Below, piece after piece: positions 1 to 12,380 of a stretch of 64,000 bases of DNA (its first letter is position 1; each line of letters starts with the position of its first letter). The position numbers and the translations under genes were made by a program. Under the pieces are notes generated by a model. That model did not search any database. It was not told the DNA's origin and saw only the letters and a program-made list of their open reading frames with translations. The DNA comes from Octopus sinensis. Taxonomy: Eukaryota. The stretch is taken from NCBI RefSeq assembly GCF_006345805.1, contig NC_043015.1:39928001-39992000 (forward strand), in the 5' to 3' direction.

Positions 1-175
1 ATGGCCACAATCAGTTGGTGCTTTTACGTGTCACCGACTTTGATTAGAGGTCGTGTTAACCTAATGGAGGGATGGTTTCATCCTAGGAAACACTGGTTCA
101 ATCCTTAGGTCTTTTTCGGGGGGAATTAATTTCCTTAAAATAATAGGTAAACATACAAAAAAAAAACATATATTC

Positions 176-307
176 ATATAAAAGAAGAAAATGGAGATGG
201 GGAAATTAATAATTGTTCTTTATTAACAGCAAATTAATCACCATCTCAATTTGCTGTTAATAATAAACAATTATTAATTTCCCAACCTCCATTTTCTTCT
301 TTTATAT
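176..307. repeat. Foldback inverted repeat (~60-bp arms, 12-nt loop)
   Basis: 176-235 pairs with 248-307. Confidence 0.85.
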
Positions 308-606
308 ATGTATATATATATGCACATACATTTACACACGTGTTTGTGTATAATTGCATGTCTGTACACACACATATTATTTATATGAAATGTAAATGTG
401 TGTGTATATATCTATATATATATATATAAATGTGTATGTATGTGTATATATATGTCAACACCATTTTAGATTTTCATACAAAAACCATGGAAAATGATAA
501 TTATGGAACGGCAAAATCAGCTGCCACAAAGATTACACCATTCCTGCTTGCAGACAAGGAATCCCAAGTTAGCTTTGGTTGTAGATAAGAACACATGCAT
601 ACATAA

Positions 607-657
<51 letters not shown>

Positions 658-1896
658 CACCCCTCCACACAGACAAATACACATATTATTAAAACACACA
701 CACAAACACTTCCATGGAAACACATACTCAGATGCATACATGCACACGTACATAAACAAATACACACACACACACATGTGCTTATGAATAATTTAGCGTT
801 ACTGTTAATGATTTCCAAAGCTGAAGAGGTGTCTAATGTCCTGGAGTTAGGATGGGGTGTTAAGTGGGTGGAAGGTGTCAGAGTAGGGTGGTGGTGGTGG
901 TAGATTGCATTTATAGTAGAGGAATGTCTCAGTGGTATGGTCATATGATGGTGGGTTAATTATGAAAGTTAATGAGTAAAAAGTGTTTGTTAGTAAACAG
1001 GATGTTTAGAGTAGAAAGAAAAGCAATGATGTATGCACCCTAGAAGTGTATACACCCTACAATGTATACAAACTGCAAGCAATGGCAGTATAATGTATAT
1101 GGGCAGACTCAATACAGGTTCAGACATGGCTGCGTGATTGAAAAGTCCATTTCCCAATCAGGGTGTCTGGGTTCAGTCCCCTTGCATGGCACCTTGAGCA
1201 AGTGTCTTCTACTAGGGACCCCATCGGTAGGCAAAAACAGAAAGAAGACCATTGTTGTGTGTGTGCCTCTTTCATCATGCTGTTAAAGCAACATGGAATA
1301 AGTAATCCTTTTCTTGAATTAGTAAGGGTTAGAGACAGGGAGGGCATCCACTAGTAAAACAAAGCTTCGATAATGCATTCATCTAACCCATGCAAGCATA
1401 GAGAAATGGATGTAAAAATGAATAGAAACACACACACACACACTGTAACCTGGTGCAGCTCCCCAGCTTGCCAGCTCTGGTCACAACATCCAACCCATGC
1501 CAGCATAGACAACAGACATTAAATGATGAAGGACGATACACACACACACACACACACACTTGTATAGATATGTGTGTGTGTGTGCACGTAAAATCACCAT
1601 TTGAGCATGGTCATTGCCAGTGCCGCTGGACTGCCTCCTGTGCAGGTGGCACATAAAAAGCACCATTTGAGTGTGAGTGATGCCAGTACTACCTGACTGG
1701 CCCTTGTGCCAGTGGCACCTAAAAACACCCGCTACTCTCTTGGAGTGGTTGGCATTAGGAAGGGCATCCAACTGTAGAAACTTTACCAGATCAAACTGGA
1801 GCCTGGTGCAGCCTTTTGGCACACCAGCCCTCAGTCAAACCATCCAACCCATGCCAGCATAGAAAGTGGACGTTAAACGACAATGATGATATATAT

Positions 1897-1938
<42 letters not shown>

Positions 1939-1969
1939 TGATCAGAATATGTGGGTTCAATCCCTGAAC

Positions 1970-2149
1970 AAATGTCTTGTTTTCATAAGTTTTGAATAAA
2001 AATATTCCACCAAACATTAGTCACAATTTATGTTCCTAACACTAAGCTGAATGATAACTAAGTTATTTTACTAAATTCTTTGTCATATTTCAAATCAATT
2101 AAAAGAATCACAGAGCATCTCAAAATAAATACAGTAACGAAAGTGTTAA
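1970..2149. mobile_element. Truncated copy of the piggyBac-type MITE, ~35 bp past the glypican exon donor
   Basis: Aligns by eye with ~17070-17249. Confidence 0.7.
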
Positions 2150-2183
2150 AGGCTAACAGAGAAATAGTAAATGTATCCCTTAC

Positions 2184-2575
2184 CTTAGAGACATTTATGA
2201 TGACATCTCGACCAATACTGAGCCCTTGTACAAAGGTCCGGGCAACTATGAAAGATCGCTTGACATGCTGTGATAATTTTTTAGGTATATCCAAAAAGGG
2301 CTGAAGACTTTTCATTTGGGATCCAACGCACTCCAAGTAACGTTCACTAAGTTGCTGTTGGGAATTGATCAACTGATACATCTTCTTCAGTAAAGAGACA
2401 AAAAATGACATAAGGGCTTCCTTTAGGTCTACATCGTAGCCCCTGTAGTAACGGTGTAGGGTAGCAAACAGCCTGGAGAAGATAACTGCATTCTGCTGGT
2501 AAAGGAGACCGTAGGTTTTCACAAACATTGTGTGCAAGTCGTTGTAAGAATTGTTCAATAGAGCTTTGAAGAATT
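2184..2575 (-). CDS. GPC6: Glypican internal coding exon, equivalent to vertebrate exon 3; 392 bp, phase 1-0
   Basis: Translates (E)FFKALLNNSYNDLHTMFVKTYGLLYQQNAVIFSRLF...YLECV...LQPFLDIPKKLSQHVKRSFIVARTFVQGLSIGRDVIINVSK, with hallmark glypican motifs MFVKTYG.LY.QN and ARTFVQGL. Acceptor tctttttcAG ends at 2576; donor GTAAGG starts at 2183. Joins the upstream exon in frame (G|AA = Glu, giving KFDEFF). Confidence 0.96.
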
Positions 2576-2659
2576 CTGAAAAAGACAGGAAAAAGAAAAA
2601 CCATTGTTAAATGCATAAAAGATTTTAATTCATTTATACCAAAATTGTGTCACTAGCTA

Positions 2660-2865
2660 AGCCATTAAAAGTAATAGCATAATAAATCATGCCATTAAAA
2701 TATTAGCAACACGTACTTTAGCACCAGAAGTTGTGTCATTACAAATATTAGTACCATAAACAACACCATTAAAAATATTAAGCCTTATAAATCGTACCAT
2801 TAAAAATAGCATTATAAATCATGCCATCAAAAATATTAGCACCATAGAATGCGTCCATTAATAGC
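2660..2865. repeat. Degenerate ~28-bp minisatellite (ATAAATCATGCCATTAAAAATATTAGC)
   Basis: About 6 diverged units. Confidence 0.6.
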
Positions 2866-3060
2866 AGCCAAAACTGTTCCATATACAATAAACACATTCA
2901 GAAAGCAAAACTGCTGTTGAATATGGCAGCAGCTCAAATTGTTTAACGAACCCCACAAATTGCATTATCAAATATTTTATCACCACAAAGTTTGCTGTTA
3001 ATCAAATTATCTCTGCTAATTGTATCACCAAAGCCATCATCCTCATTAAATGCACTCAGT

Positions 3061-3112
<52 letters not shown>

Positions 3113-3211
3113 ATTTGGCAAGGTTAAGGAGTGTGTTGTGTCTGATGATGTCAAAGTGTAACATAGCAATTTGACAAGTAAAGATCAATAAAATACATCA
3201 GTACCAAACTG

Positions 3212-3242
<31 letters not shown>

Positions 3243-3513
3243 GTGGTTAATGGGAAGACATTAAAAGTGGTGTCGTCATGGCATGGTTCTGATCCCTGAA
3301 TCCCAGTGAAAGAATAAACTGATCCCTCTTTGAGTATGTCCTTTGGCTTTTACTTGTTTGTCTTTGGACTGTGGCCATGCTGGGGCACTGCCTTGAAAGG
3401 TTTTAGTAGAGCAAATCGCCCCCAAGTACTTATTCTAACAATCTCTTTTGCTGAGCCAATAAGTAACAGGGACATAAACAAACCAATATCAGTTGGCAAG
3501 TGGTGATTGGGGA

Positions 3514-3549
<36 letters not shown>

Positions 3550-3702
3550 TGGGCTTCTTCCAGTTTCTATCTACCAAATCCACTCACAAGGCTTTGGTCA
3601 GTCAGAGGCCAGGCTGAAGGTGCCACACAGTGGGACTGAACCCAGAACCATGTGGTTGGAAGTAAACTTGTTACTGCATACACACACACACACACACACA
3701 TG

Positions 3703-3752
<50 letters not shown>

Positions 3753-3900
3753 GCTACAGGCTTCATTCAGTTTCCATCTGCTAAATCCACTTACAAGGCT
3801 TTGGTTGGCCCGAGACTATAGTAGAAGACACTTGCCCAGGGTGCCACACAGTGGGACTGAAACCAGAACCATGTGGTTGGTAAATAAATATATCTATACC

Positions 3901-4200
3901 GAAGACCGTCTTTGATGGTCAAGACATGTAGCAAAAATGGAAGAGTCAAGGTTGCTACACCATGTCTTATTCAGTGAGTTCACTTCAGGAAAAAAAAAAA
4001 CCCAGGGTTGCCCTCTTCAAAAAGACAAGGACTAACTCAAGGCAACACTGAAGGCCACTGGAATTGAACCTAAATTGTTTGAAACACCAGCTCGAGACTG
4101 TACCAAATGGTGGTTTTCCATCACCATCGGAATGAAAGACTTGGAAGTTATCAGAAGAGAAAAGGAAGAAATCAAAGAACAGAAGAGGAATGCTTGACAA
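3901..4200 (+). pseudogene. RTE-clade LINE ORF2 C-terminal relic
   Basis: Reads RL*WSRHVAKMEESRLLHHVLFSEFTSG..GCPLQKDKD*LKATLKATGIEPKLFETPARDCTKWW..., matching the RTE tail pattern LRWAGHVVRM..RLPK.VLYGEL..G.R..G.P..R.KD.LK..LK...I....WE..A.DR..WR. Contains in-frame stops. Confidence 0.7.
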
Positions 4201-4789
4201 AATCAAAGTTGCTCTCTACCAACGTTGCCATGCAGTAAATGCCATTGACTCTTCTAGACAAGAATTGGTCTATGGGGCCCACAATGGTATCACCATAAAG
4301 GAAGCATTCAGCAAAGAAGAAAAACACTTGGATATGAGACAAAGCCAACAGTGATTGACAGACAGACAGACAGATAACAGGGAAGCCTCCATAAGGTTTA
4401 ATTGGTTCACTAAAAAGAACAGCCAAATATCAGTCAATTTGCACCCTATCATGTTACAAAAGGAAGGAGACAATTGGATAATGCTAGCCTAGATACACTA
4501 TGACTGAAGCTGACCCTCCATGGTGGTCACAGTTGGAATGGGGTGGAGATATTAGTGGAAATTGATACCTAGATAAAGAAGTTTCCGAATAAAGGTCTAA
4601 ATAATGAAACAGCGTTAGCTTTGCTAATTAATAGAAACGACATTATAATTAATTATAAACAAAAACAGAGATTTCATTTGATAAATATTTATGAAGCAAT
4701 TAACTGGTAACGAGTGATTGTAGATATTCTAATTAGCAAAATTAGTAGGGCTGACTGACTACTCTATACATCCTTACACATACATACAA

Positions 4790-4941
4790 AGACACACACA
4801 CATATATATATATACACATACACACACCACATATATATACACACACACACATATATATATACACACACACATATATATACACACACACACATATATATAT
4901 ACACACACCACACACATATATATACACACACACACATATAT

Positions 4942-5004
<63 letters not shown>

Positions 5005-5091
5005 TATATACACACACACACACATATATACACACACACCACATATACACACACACACCACACATATATACACACACACACATATACACAC

Positions 5092-5175
<84 letters not shown>

Positions 5176-5190
5176 CACACACACACTGGT
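4790..5190. repeat. Compound (CA)n/(TA)n microsatellite
   Basis: Direct reading. Confidence 0.95.
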
Positions 5191-7362
5191 ATGAATATGT
5201 TATCTCTCACCCTCTTTCTTATACACACACACACACATATATATATATATACATACATACACATACATACAAATATGATACATGTATATATACACATATA
5301 TGCACAGACACGTGTGGGTGTGTGATGTAATGGACAAAAAGAAAAAAGACAACAGACCAGGAACGAGTTTGAAAAGATACTGTTTTAGTTTAACACATGA
5401 AAGAAGGAAAAGAATGTGTTTTAATGTTTTGGACATTAGCTCTTTGCTAGATGAGGGGCCAGAAGAGAAAACGTTCTTGGTGTAGGAGCAACATGGTTGC
5501 TCCCCTTTTAGAGGAGAGGGTGGAAGGACATTGATAGGGGTGGGGCTGGGAAGAGATAAAAAGTGATGATGAGGTTTCTGGGTGGAGTAACTACAGGTAT
5601 TTATATTTATTTCATTCACCCCAGGGTGGAGATCTGAGCAGCTGACACTCAAAATATTAATACAAGAACATTGGTGACTGGGTGGGTATTTGTTTGAGTG
5701 GTGGATGTTGAGTACAAATCGTGGGACTCACACACACTAATGGCTTCATCAGAGTATGAAGGGTCAGTGCGCACAAGCTTTCTTCCAGGTCTTTGAGGGA
5801 AGGGATTAAGTCAATTACATAGACCCCCACTACATAACTGACACTAATTTTATTGACCCCGAAAGGATGAAAGGCAAAGTCGACCTTGGTGGAATTTGAA
5901 CTCAAAACCTAACAGCAGATGAAGGGTTAGTGCGCACAAGCTTTCTTCCAGGTCTTTGAGGGAAGGGATTAAGTCAACTGACACTAATTTTATTGATCCC
6001 GAAAGGATGAAAGGCAAAGTCGACCTTGGTGGAATTTGAACTCAAAACCCAACAGCAGATGAGGTTTTGAGTTCGAATTCCGCTGAGGTCAACTTCGCCT
6101 TTCATTCTTTCGGGTTCGATAAAATTGGTACCAGTTACATACTGGGGTCGATGTAATCGATTTAAATGATGATGATGATGGTTTCAAATATTGACACAAG
6201 GCCAGCAATTTTGCATCACCATGTACACACGCACACACCTTTACTGGACCTTCAAACCCACTGACCTTCACAATATCCCTTTTATTGCTCTCAGAGTGTC
6301 CCTTCCAGCCATTCTCTTCCCTCATCAAAATTTTCAGTCTCTCCTCCTCGTTAACATCCACATAAGGGTACCAATAAAAACTAAGAAGAAACAATAACTG
6401 CTGTGCAGGGGTGCAAGGTGGTGGGGGGGGGGGTGGATTTATTCAGAATGGAACCGTCTGGGTATTGTGGAGAAACTTGACGAAAGCCGACCAAGAAAGG
6501 GAGAACGGTGAGTAAAAAAACTATTTGTTAAACGAGAGACTGACAGAGGTATTATAAAATATGCAATATTGTGTTGAAAAGTTAACATTTAATTAAAAAC
6601 AAGCAATTAATAACGAATGAGTAATTAAAATATCTATCAATAAGCAAATATTCCATTAAAACATCCACTAATATCTGATGCCTAGCATTGCATGCCGTCT
6701 GATGATATCTTATTATCTAATTAATATCTAATGTTAATTTAAAAATATCTTTCACCACACAATAAATGATTAATTAAAAAACCTAACCAGTTCTTAATTA
6801 AATTATCAATACTCAGAGCTTGCTAAATTAAATATTCATTAATATTCTAGGCTCACTATCTTATGTGTGCATCATAAACAAAATCAATATTTTATTGTTA
6901 ATTAATCATCAATATCCTACACTTTATGCGGAGACAGTTTTTACTTTCTTCTAACACTCACTGGAGAGGTGAAGAACTTGTTGAAGCTTCTCATTGTATG
7001 GGATTTGTAAAATAATGACATTCGGTTAAGTTATGGCTTGAAGATTGCAAGTGACATAACAAAAGCACAACACATTAATTACCACAAAATGGCATAAAAT
7101 TGTTCATAATCCAAATTTTAATTACTTCCTGCCGTTAGTTTTTGTCTCAAGGTTTGATAAATACCAGTAACATACTGGGTTAAAGCAAATTGACTGTACC
7201 AGGAACAAGTTCGTCCTACTAATAATTAATGAATGAAGAATAAAATTGTAATGGAAGTTGTGTGAGACACAAGTCTGACGTCTGTGAGAGAGATGAGAAA
7301 TCAATTCAAATTTACGTTATTTACATTTGACTGATGTTTGTCCTCGTCTTGTTTGTTGTTAT

Positions 7363-7404
7363 CACAACGTTTCGGCTGATATACCCTCCAGCCTTCATCA
7401 GGTG
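7363..7404 (-). ncRNA. Minimal type-I hammerhead ribozyme motif, canonical core
   Basis: Sense: CAC CUGAUGA A GGCUG GAGGGUAUAU CAGCC GAA ACGU U/GUG. Stem I CAC:GUG, stem II GGCUG:CAGCC, palindromic ACGU stem III; predicted cut between 7366 and 7365. Confidence 0.75.
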
Positions 7405-7610
7405 TCTTGGGGAAATTTCGAACCTGGGTCCTCATTCCTAAGGTATTTTTTGATGTTATTATTATCATTATTATGCCTGTGGGCAAATGGCGTAGTGGTT
7501 AAGCGTATGGGCAACTAACCCCAAGATTCCAAGGTCAATTCCAGGCCTGAATAATAATAACATCGAAAAATACCTTAGGAATGAGAGCCCAGGTTTGAAA
7601 TTTTCCCAAG

Positions 7611-7654
7611 ACACCTGATGAAGGCTGGAGGGTATATCAGCTGAAGCGTTGTGT
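7611..7654 (+). ncRNA. Minimal hammerhead ribozyme motif, mutated sister copy (A15.1G, stem II wobble)
   Basis: ACAC CUGAUGA A GGCUG GAGGGUAUAU CAGCU GAA GCGU U GUGU. Confidence 0.55.
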
Positions 7655-7814
7655 TAACAACAAACAATATGAGGACAAATATCCATCAAATGTAAATAAT
7701 GTACATAATTCCTCGTCTCTTAAATAAAGAACTGCAATTCAAATTTATTCATCGTTTTGGGTTCATTTCTTGAATAAATTGACCTAAGGAGATTAGTATA
7801 ATTGATACCTGTGA

Positions 7815-8121
7815 CGGTGGCATGTAAAAAGCACCATCTGGACGTGGCCGATGCCAGTGCCTCCTTGACTGGCTTCTGTGCCGGTGGCACGTAAAAAGCA
7901 CCAACCGACCATGACCGCTGCCAGCCTCCCCTGGCACCTGTACTGGTGGCACGTAAAAACCACCCACTACACTCATGGAGTGGTTGGCATTAGGAAGGGC
8001 ATCCAGCTGTAGAAACACTGCCAGATCAGACTGGAGCCTGGTGCACCCTCCTGGCTTCCCAGACCCCGGTTGAACCGTCCAGCCCATGCTAGCATGGAAA
8101 ACGGACGTTAAACGATGATGA
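7815..8121 (+). mobile_element. SINE-like family C (GGAAGGGCATCCAGCTGTAGAAAC body, (ATG)n tail, 5' modular repeats)
   Basis: About 19 copies, e.g. 1590-1890(+), 13125-13365(-), 15215-15465(+), 22025-22235(-), 25190-25440(+), 34112-34292(+), 37592-37850(-), 44600-44820(-), 51150-51330(-), 56840-57215(-), 58075-58280(+), 60712-60940(+). Confidence 0.8.
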
Positions 8122-8961
8122 TCTAACTAATTGCGAAAGTGAAACAAAGATGTATCATCAGTCAAATATGCTAACCGCTAAGCCATGTACCTTCACTACA
8201 GCATCCAATGTACCTCAGACAGCATGGCAGACACTGCAGAGTCGATCACACCATCACATGACACATAGTTAATGGGTGTAGCGTAGTGCAGTTGATAATG
8301 GAGCAATTAGTGGATGTGCAGTAGTCGTTTGCTGAGCTCGTCGGACTCTTATAATGTCTTAGTTTTTTTTCCATAATCATTAAGTGCTAAAATTATAATT
8401 GTAAATGATATTAATTATTTATAAGTCACCAACTGAAGACAAATTGGTCATTAGAATGTGTCTGGTGGTGTTATATTTGGCGCAAAGTTTGACCGGATCC
8501 AGCAAACCAATCACTGGACGTTGGAGACGATTATAAGTTGCTGCTGTTGCTCAACTCCAGGTCAGCTGCTTGACCAAGTAGGCCTGTGATCAAGGACAGT
8601 CCAACCATGACCATGGCTGTGTGGCAAATAGCTTGCTTACCAACCACATGGTTCTGGGTACAGTCCCACTGTGTGGAACCTTGGGCAAGTGTCTGCTACT
8701 ATAGCCTCAGGCCAAAAAAGCCTTGTGAGTGGATTTGGAAGATGGAAACTGAAAGAAGCCCATCATATATATATATATGTGTGTGTGTCTGTGTTTGACC
8801 CCCCCACTATCGCTTGACAACCGATTTTGGTCTGTGTACAGCCCCGTAACTTAGCGGTTCGGCAAAAGAAACCGATAGAATAAGTACTAGGCTTACAAAG
8901 AATAAGTTCTGTGGTCGATTTGTTTCACTAAAGGCTGTGCATATATATATATGTATATATA

Positions 8962-9159
8962 TGTGACCCTTCTGTCGGCATGATAGATCGTTAGCCACTA
9001 CACACATTATTTTCTCTCCTTGTTTTTTCTGTTTCCCTTTCTGTAGAAGAGCGTAGGCTCGAAACGTAAAAGACTTTTTCTATTCCTGAGCGTTATACTA
9101 ATACATTTGTTTGTTTTGTACACCACCTGTCTTCGTCTTTTGTTATTTTCCTAAACTCT

Positions 9160-9165
<6 letters not shown>
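8962..9165 (+). mobile_element. Short (TA)n-flanked element with HHR-like motif (A6U core) at 9037-9072
   Basis: CUUU CUGUAGA A GAGC GUAG GCUC GAA ACGU A AAAG. Homologous copies at 33890-34085 (-), 38175-38345 (+) and a degenerate copy at ~29330-29480. Confidence 0.65.
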
Positions 9166-9200
<35 letters not shown>

Positions 9201-9201
<1 letters not shown>

Positions 9202-9458
9202 GGGGTTGGCCAAAAGTCACCCGACAGTAAATCAAAATTCCATAAATACTTAATATTCAATTTCATTTATTCATTCCAATTATGATTGTTTAATAATTGA
9301 ATGCTGTGAGTTAAAAATCACCGATTTTATTTTTTTTATTTTGTAACATATTTATTAGCAAAGTCTCACATAAAACAATTTTTTGTTTTAATCTTGGAAT
9401 TAAATGGGTTTTTTTTTTCTTTTTTGTTTACTGTCAGGTGACTTTTGGCCATACCCTG
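9201..9458. mobile_element. Tc1/mariner-type MITE
   Basis: ~30-bp terminal inverted repeats (..TGGCCAAAAGTCACC(C/T)GACAGTAAA), TA on both sides, no ORF. Confidence 0.7.
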
Positions 9459-9808
9459 TATATAACAATTCTTCATGGTAGCACATGGTTTGAAGGAGAC
9501 GTTGCTGCTATTTGTAGCAAGTCAACCAAGTGATCCCATAATAGACCCCCCCCCACCTCTTGCTGACTGGCTGGCTAGGTGTGTGGAAGTGGAAGTGGTG
9601 GTGGCAGTAGTGTTAGTGGTGTATATTTATGACTAATACCAGTAGTGGTGGTGGTGGTGGTGGTGGCGGCAGAAGTATTGGTCTGTAACAAGAGCCAATC
9701 AATAAAATAAACAGTTGTTATTGGATGATGAAGAGAAACAAATATTTCCCATTATTCCACCCCACCAACTTTTCCTCTCCCCCTTCCTCATTTACATACA
9801 CTCACACC

Positions 9809-9856
<48 letters not shown>

Positions 9857-10384
9857 ATGCCTAAGTGAGTTGTGTATGTATGTACGTTGTTTACCCCATG
9901 CGTGCGTGTGGGTATATAGACGTAGGAGTTTATATGGAAATATATGAGTGTACACAGGGTGTATAAATGAGTGTGTTTATGGTGTGTAGATGACATTAAA
10001 CGATGGTGAATGAGCGAATGGACAGGAATACGGGAGAAGACGGAGACATTTATTGACACCTTGGAAAAAAGTTCCAACAGTTTTATATTATTTCCCATTA
10101 GGTCCAATTATATCAATGACCATTGGTCTGTCTGTGTGTCTATGACATCTCTCTCCATCAACACAGCGGTCTGAATGAAGTCACCATCCAGTGTGTGAGA
10201 GAGAGAGAGAGAGAGAATAGGATACAATGCTATTGGCACCGATAAAACAGGTTCCACTCCTGGTCGAAAGGTTAATGGTAGGAACAACGTGGAGAACATC
10301 GAATTCTAAAAGCAATTGGTCAGATGATAAACATTCCACCTGGGATAACATGGAGGAAAATGAACAGCTGGGTGTGGGTGGATG

Positions 10385-10514
10385 TGTGAGAGAGAGAGCG
10401 GGGGGGAGGGAGAGAGAGAAAGAGGGAGAGAGAGAAAGAGGGAGAGAGAGAGGAGAGAGAAAGAGAAAGAGGGAGGGAGAGAGAGAAAGAGGGAGAGAGA
10501 GAGAAAGAGGGAGG

Positions 10515-10545
<31 letters not shown>

Positions 10546-10605
10546 AAGAGGGAGGGAGAGAGAGAAAGAGGGAAGAGAGAGAGAGAGGAGAGAGAAAGAG
10601 GGAGG

Positions 10606-10692
<87 letters not shown>
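10385..10692. repeat. Polypurine (GA)n tract
   Basis: Direct reading. Confidence 0.95.
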
Positions 10693-10695
<3 letters not shown>

Positions 10696-11249
10696 GGTTT
10701 GAAGAGCAAGATTTTGTTATACATCACAGTAATACTGAATTGAACAGATAACAGCATTAAAAGTACATGTGTCTGAGGAATACTCAGCCTGCCACTTCCA
10801 CTCCAATATATTCTCCCAGACAATTCTGTTGATCTAACAAAGTGCATCTCAACGATTATTATTTTTTTTTTTTGCATCTGGACCCCTTCTGATCCCTATT
10901 TTAACTCCACTGGGCCCATTCAAAAATCCTATCATTCATTATATTTTGGTAATTAAACATAATTAGCAATTTATCTAAAATAATTGTTAAAACATTTTGT
11001 GTAATCTTTCTTTTATTTCTTTTACTCGTTCAGTCACTTGACCGCGGCCATGCTGGAGCACCACCATAAGCCTAGTACTTATTCTATCACACACATATAC
11101 ATTTTGCATGAGTCATATTTACCAATAATAATAATAACAATAATGATAATAATAATTATTTTGTAATTTGTATCAAAGTTTAATGACAGACTTTCATATT
11201 AATAAACAATTAATTAAAAAGTACACCACTCAATAATCACACACACTGT

Positions 11250-11260
11250 ATTAATTATTA

Positions 11261-11292
<32 letters not shown>

Positions 11293-11379
11293 GATTATTA
11301 TTATTATTAATTATTATTATTATTAATTATTATTATTATTATCATTATTATTATATTATTATTATCATTATTATTATTG

Positions 11380-11411
<32 letters not shown>

Positions 11412-11427
11412 CATTATATTATTATTA

Positions 11428-11463
<36 letters not shown>
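11250..11463. repeat. (ATT)n microsatellite
   Basis: Direct reading. Confidence 0.95.
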
Positions 11464-11464
<1 letters not shown>

Positions 11465-11614
11465 CAGACTCATCCTAACACTTGTTGTGGAGGAAAAACA
11501 GGGATAAATTAACAATAAAAATAAGTTTATCATTTTTAAGGCAAGTTTCAGAATAGCCTCTGAACATAACTGAAAAGGGGAGACTCTGCACTGAGAATTA
11601 GGGTCTAGTTTGCA

Positions 11615-12027
11615 TATTCTTTTATTTGTTTCAGTCATTGGACTGCGGCCATGCTGGAGCACTGCCTTTAGTTAAACAAATCAACCCCAGGACTTATTCT
11701 TTGTAAGCCTACTACTTATTCTATCGGTCTCCTTTGCCGAACCGCTAAATTACGGAGACATAAACACACCAGCATTGGTTGTCAAGTGATGTTGGGGTAC
11801 AAACACAGACACACAAACACATGCACATACATGTATATATGTATGTATAAACACACACATCACACACAACAGACTTTTTTCAGTTTCTGTCTACCAAATC
11901 CATTCACAAGGTTTTGGTCGGTCCAAGGCTATAGTAGAAGACACTTGCCCAAGGTGCCATGCAGTGGGACTGAATTCAGAACCATGTGGTTGGTAAGCAA
12001 GCTACTTACCACACACCCACTCCTGCG
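11615..12027 (-). mobile_element. SINE family A
   Basis: Same head, body and tail motifs on the minus strand. Confidence 0.8.
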
Positions 12028-12380
12028 CCTATATATATATATATATATCTGCCAGATCAGATTGGAGTCTAGTGCAGCCATCTGGTTCCCCAGACCTCAG
12101 TCAAATTGACCAACCCATGCTAGCATTGAAAGCAGACATGATGATGCATGCGCACACACAAAGTCTGTAGTAAGTTTGTCATGTAAAGGCACCCATGCAG
12201 TGCCATGCAAAAACACTGAGCACACACTGTAAAGTGGTTGGCATCAAGAAGGGCCTCCAGCCGTCGAAACCACGCCAAATCTGATTGGAGTTTGGGGCAT
12301 CTTGTCAGCTCTGGTGACACCATCCAATCCATAGCAGCATGGACAAGGTGTTAAATGATGACGATGACATAAGGTATGTA

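Larger units (their letters stand above)
7315..7734 (+). mobile_element. Palindromic retroelement: inverted HHR-bearing arm + tRNA-like head + HHR-bearing arm (Penelope-like tail), flanked by a 13-bp direct repeat
   Basis: Arms ~7313-7470 and ~7550-7703 are reverse complements. The spacer has an A box TGGCGTAGTGG (7488-7498) and a degenerate B box AGGTCAATTCC (7532-7542). Direct repeat CAATTCAAATTTA at 7302-7314 and 7735-7747. Confidence 0.75.

Noticed and set aside
3140-3195. CTGATGA followed by a TGTCAAA:TTTGACA stem (possible HHR)
   Set aside because: No GAAA or stem III after the stem.
7481-7549. Functional tRNA gene
   Set aside because: Degenerate B box, 8-nt anticodon loop and no clean acceptor stem; treated as a tRNA-derived head.
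7815-7975. CRISPR-like repeat-spacer pattern (20-nt hairpin repeat with 40-47-nt spacers)
   Set aside because: The spacers are diverged duplicates of each other, the array is internal to a high-copy eukaryotic SINE-like family, and there are no cas genes.
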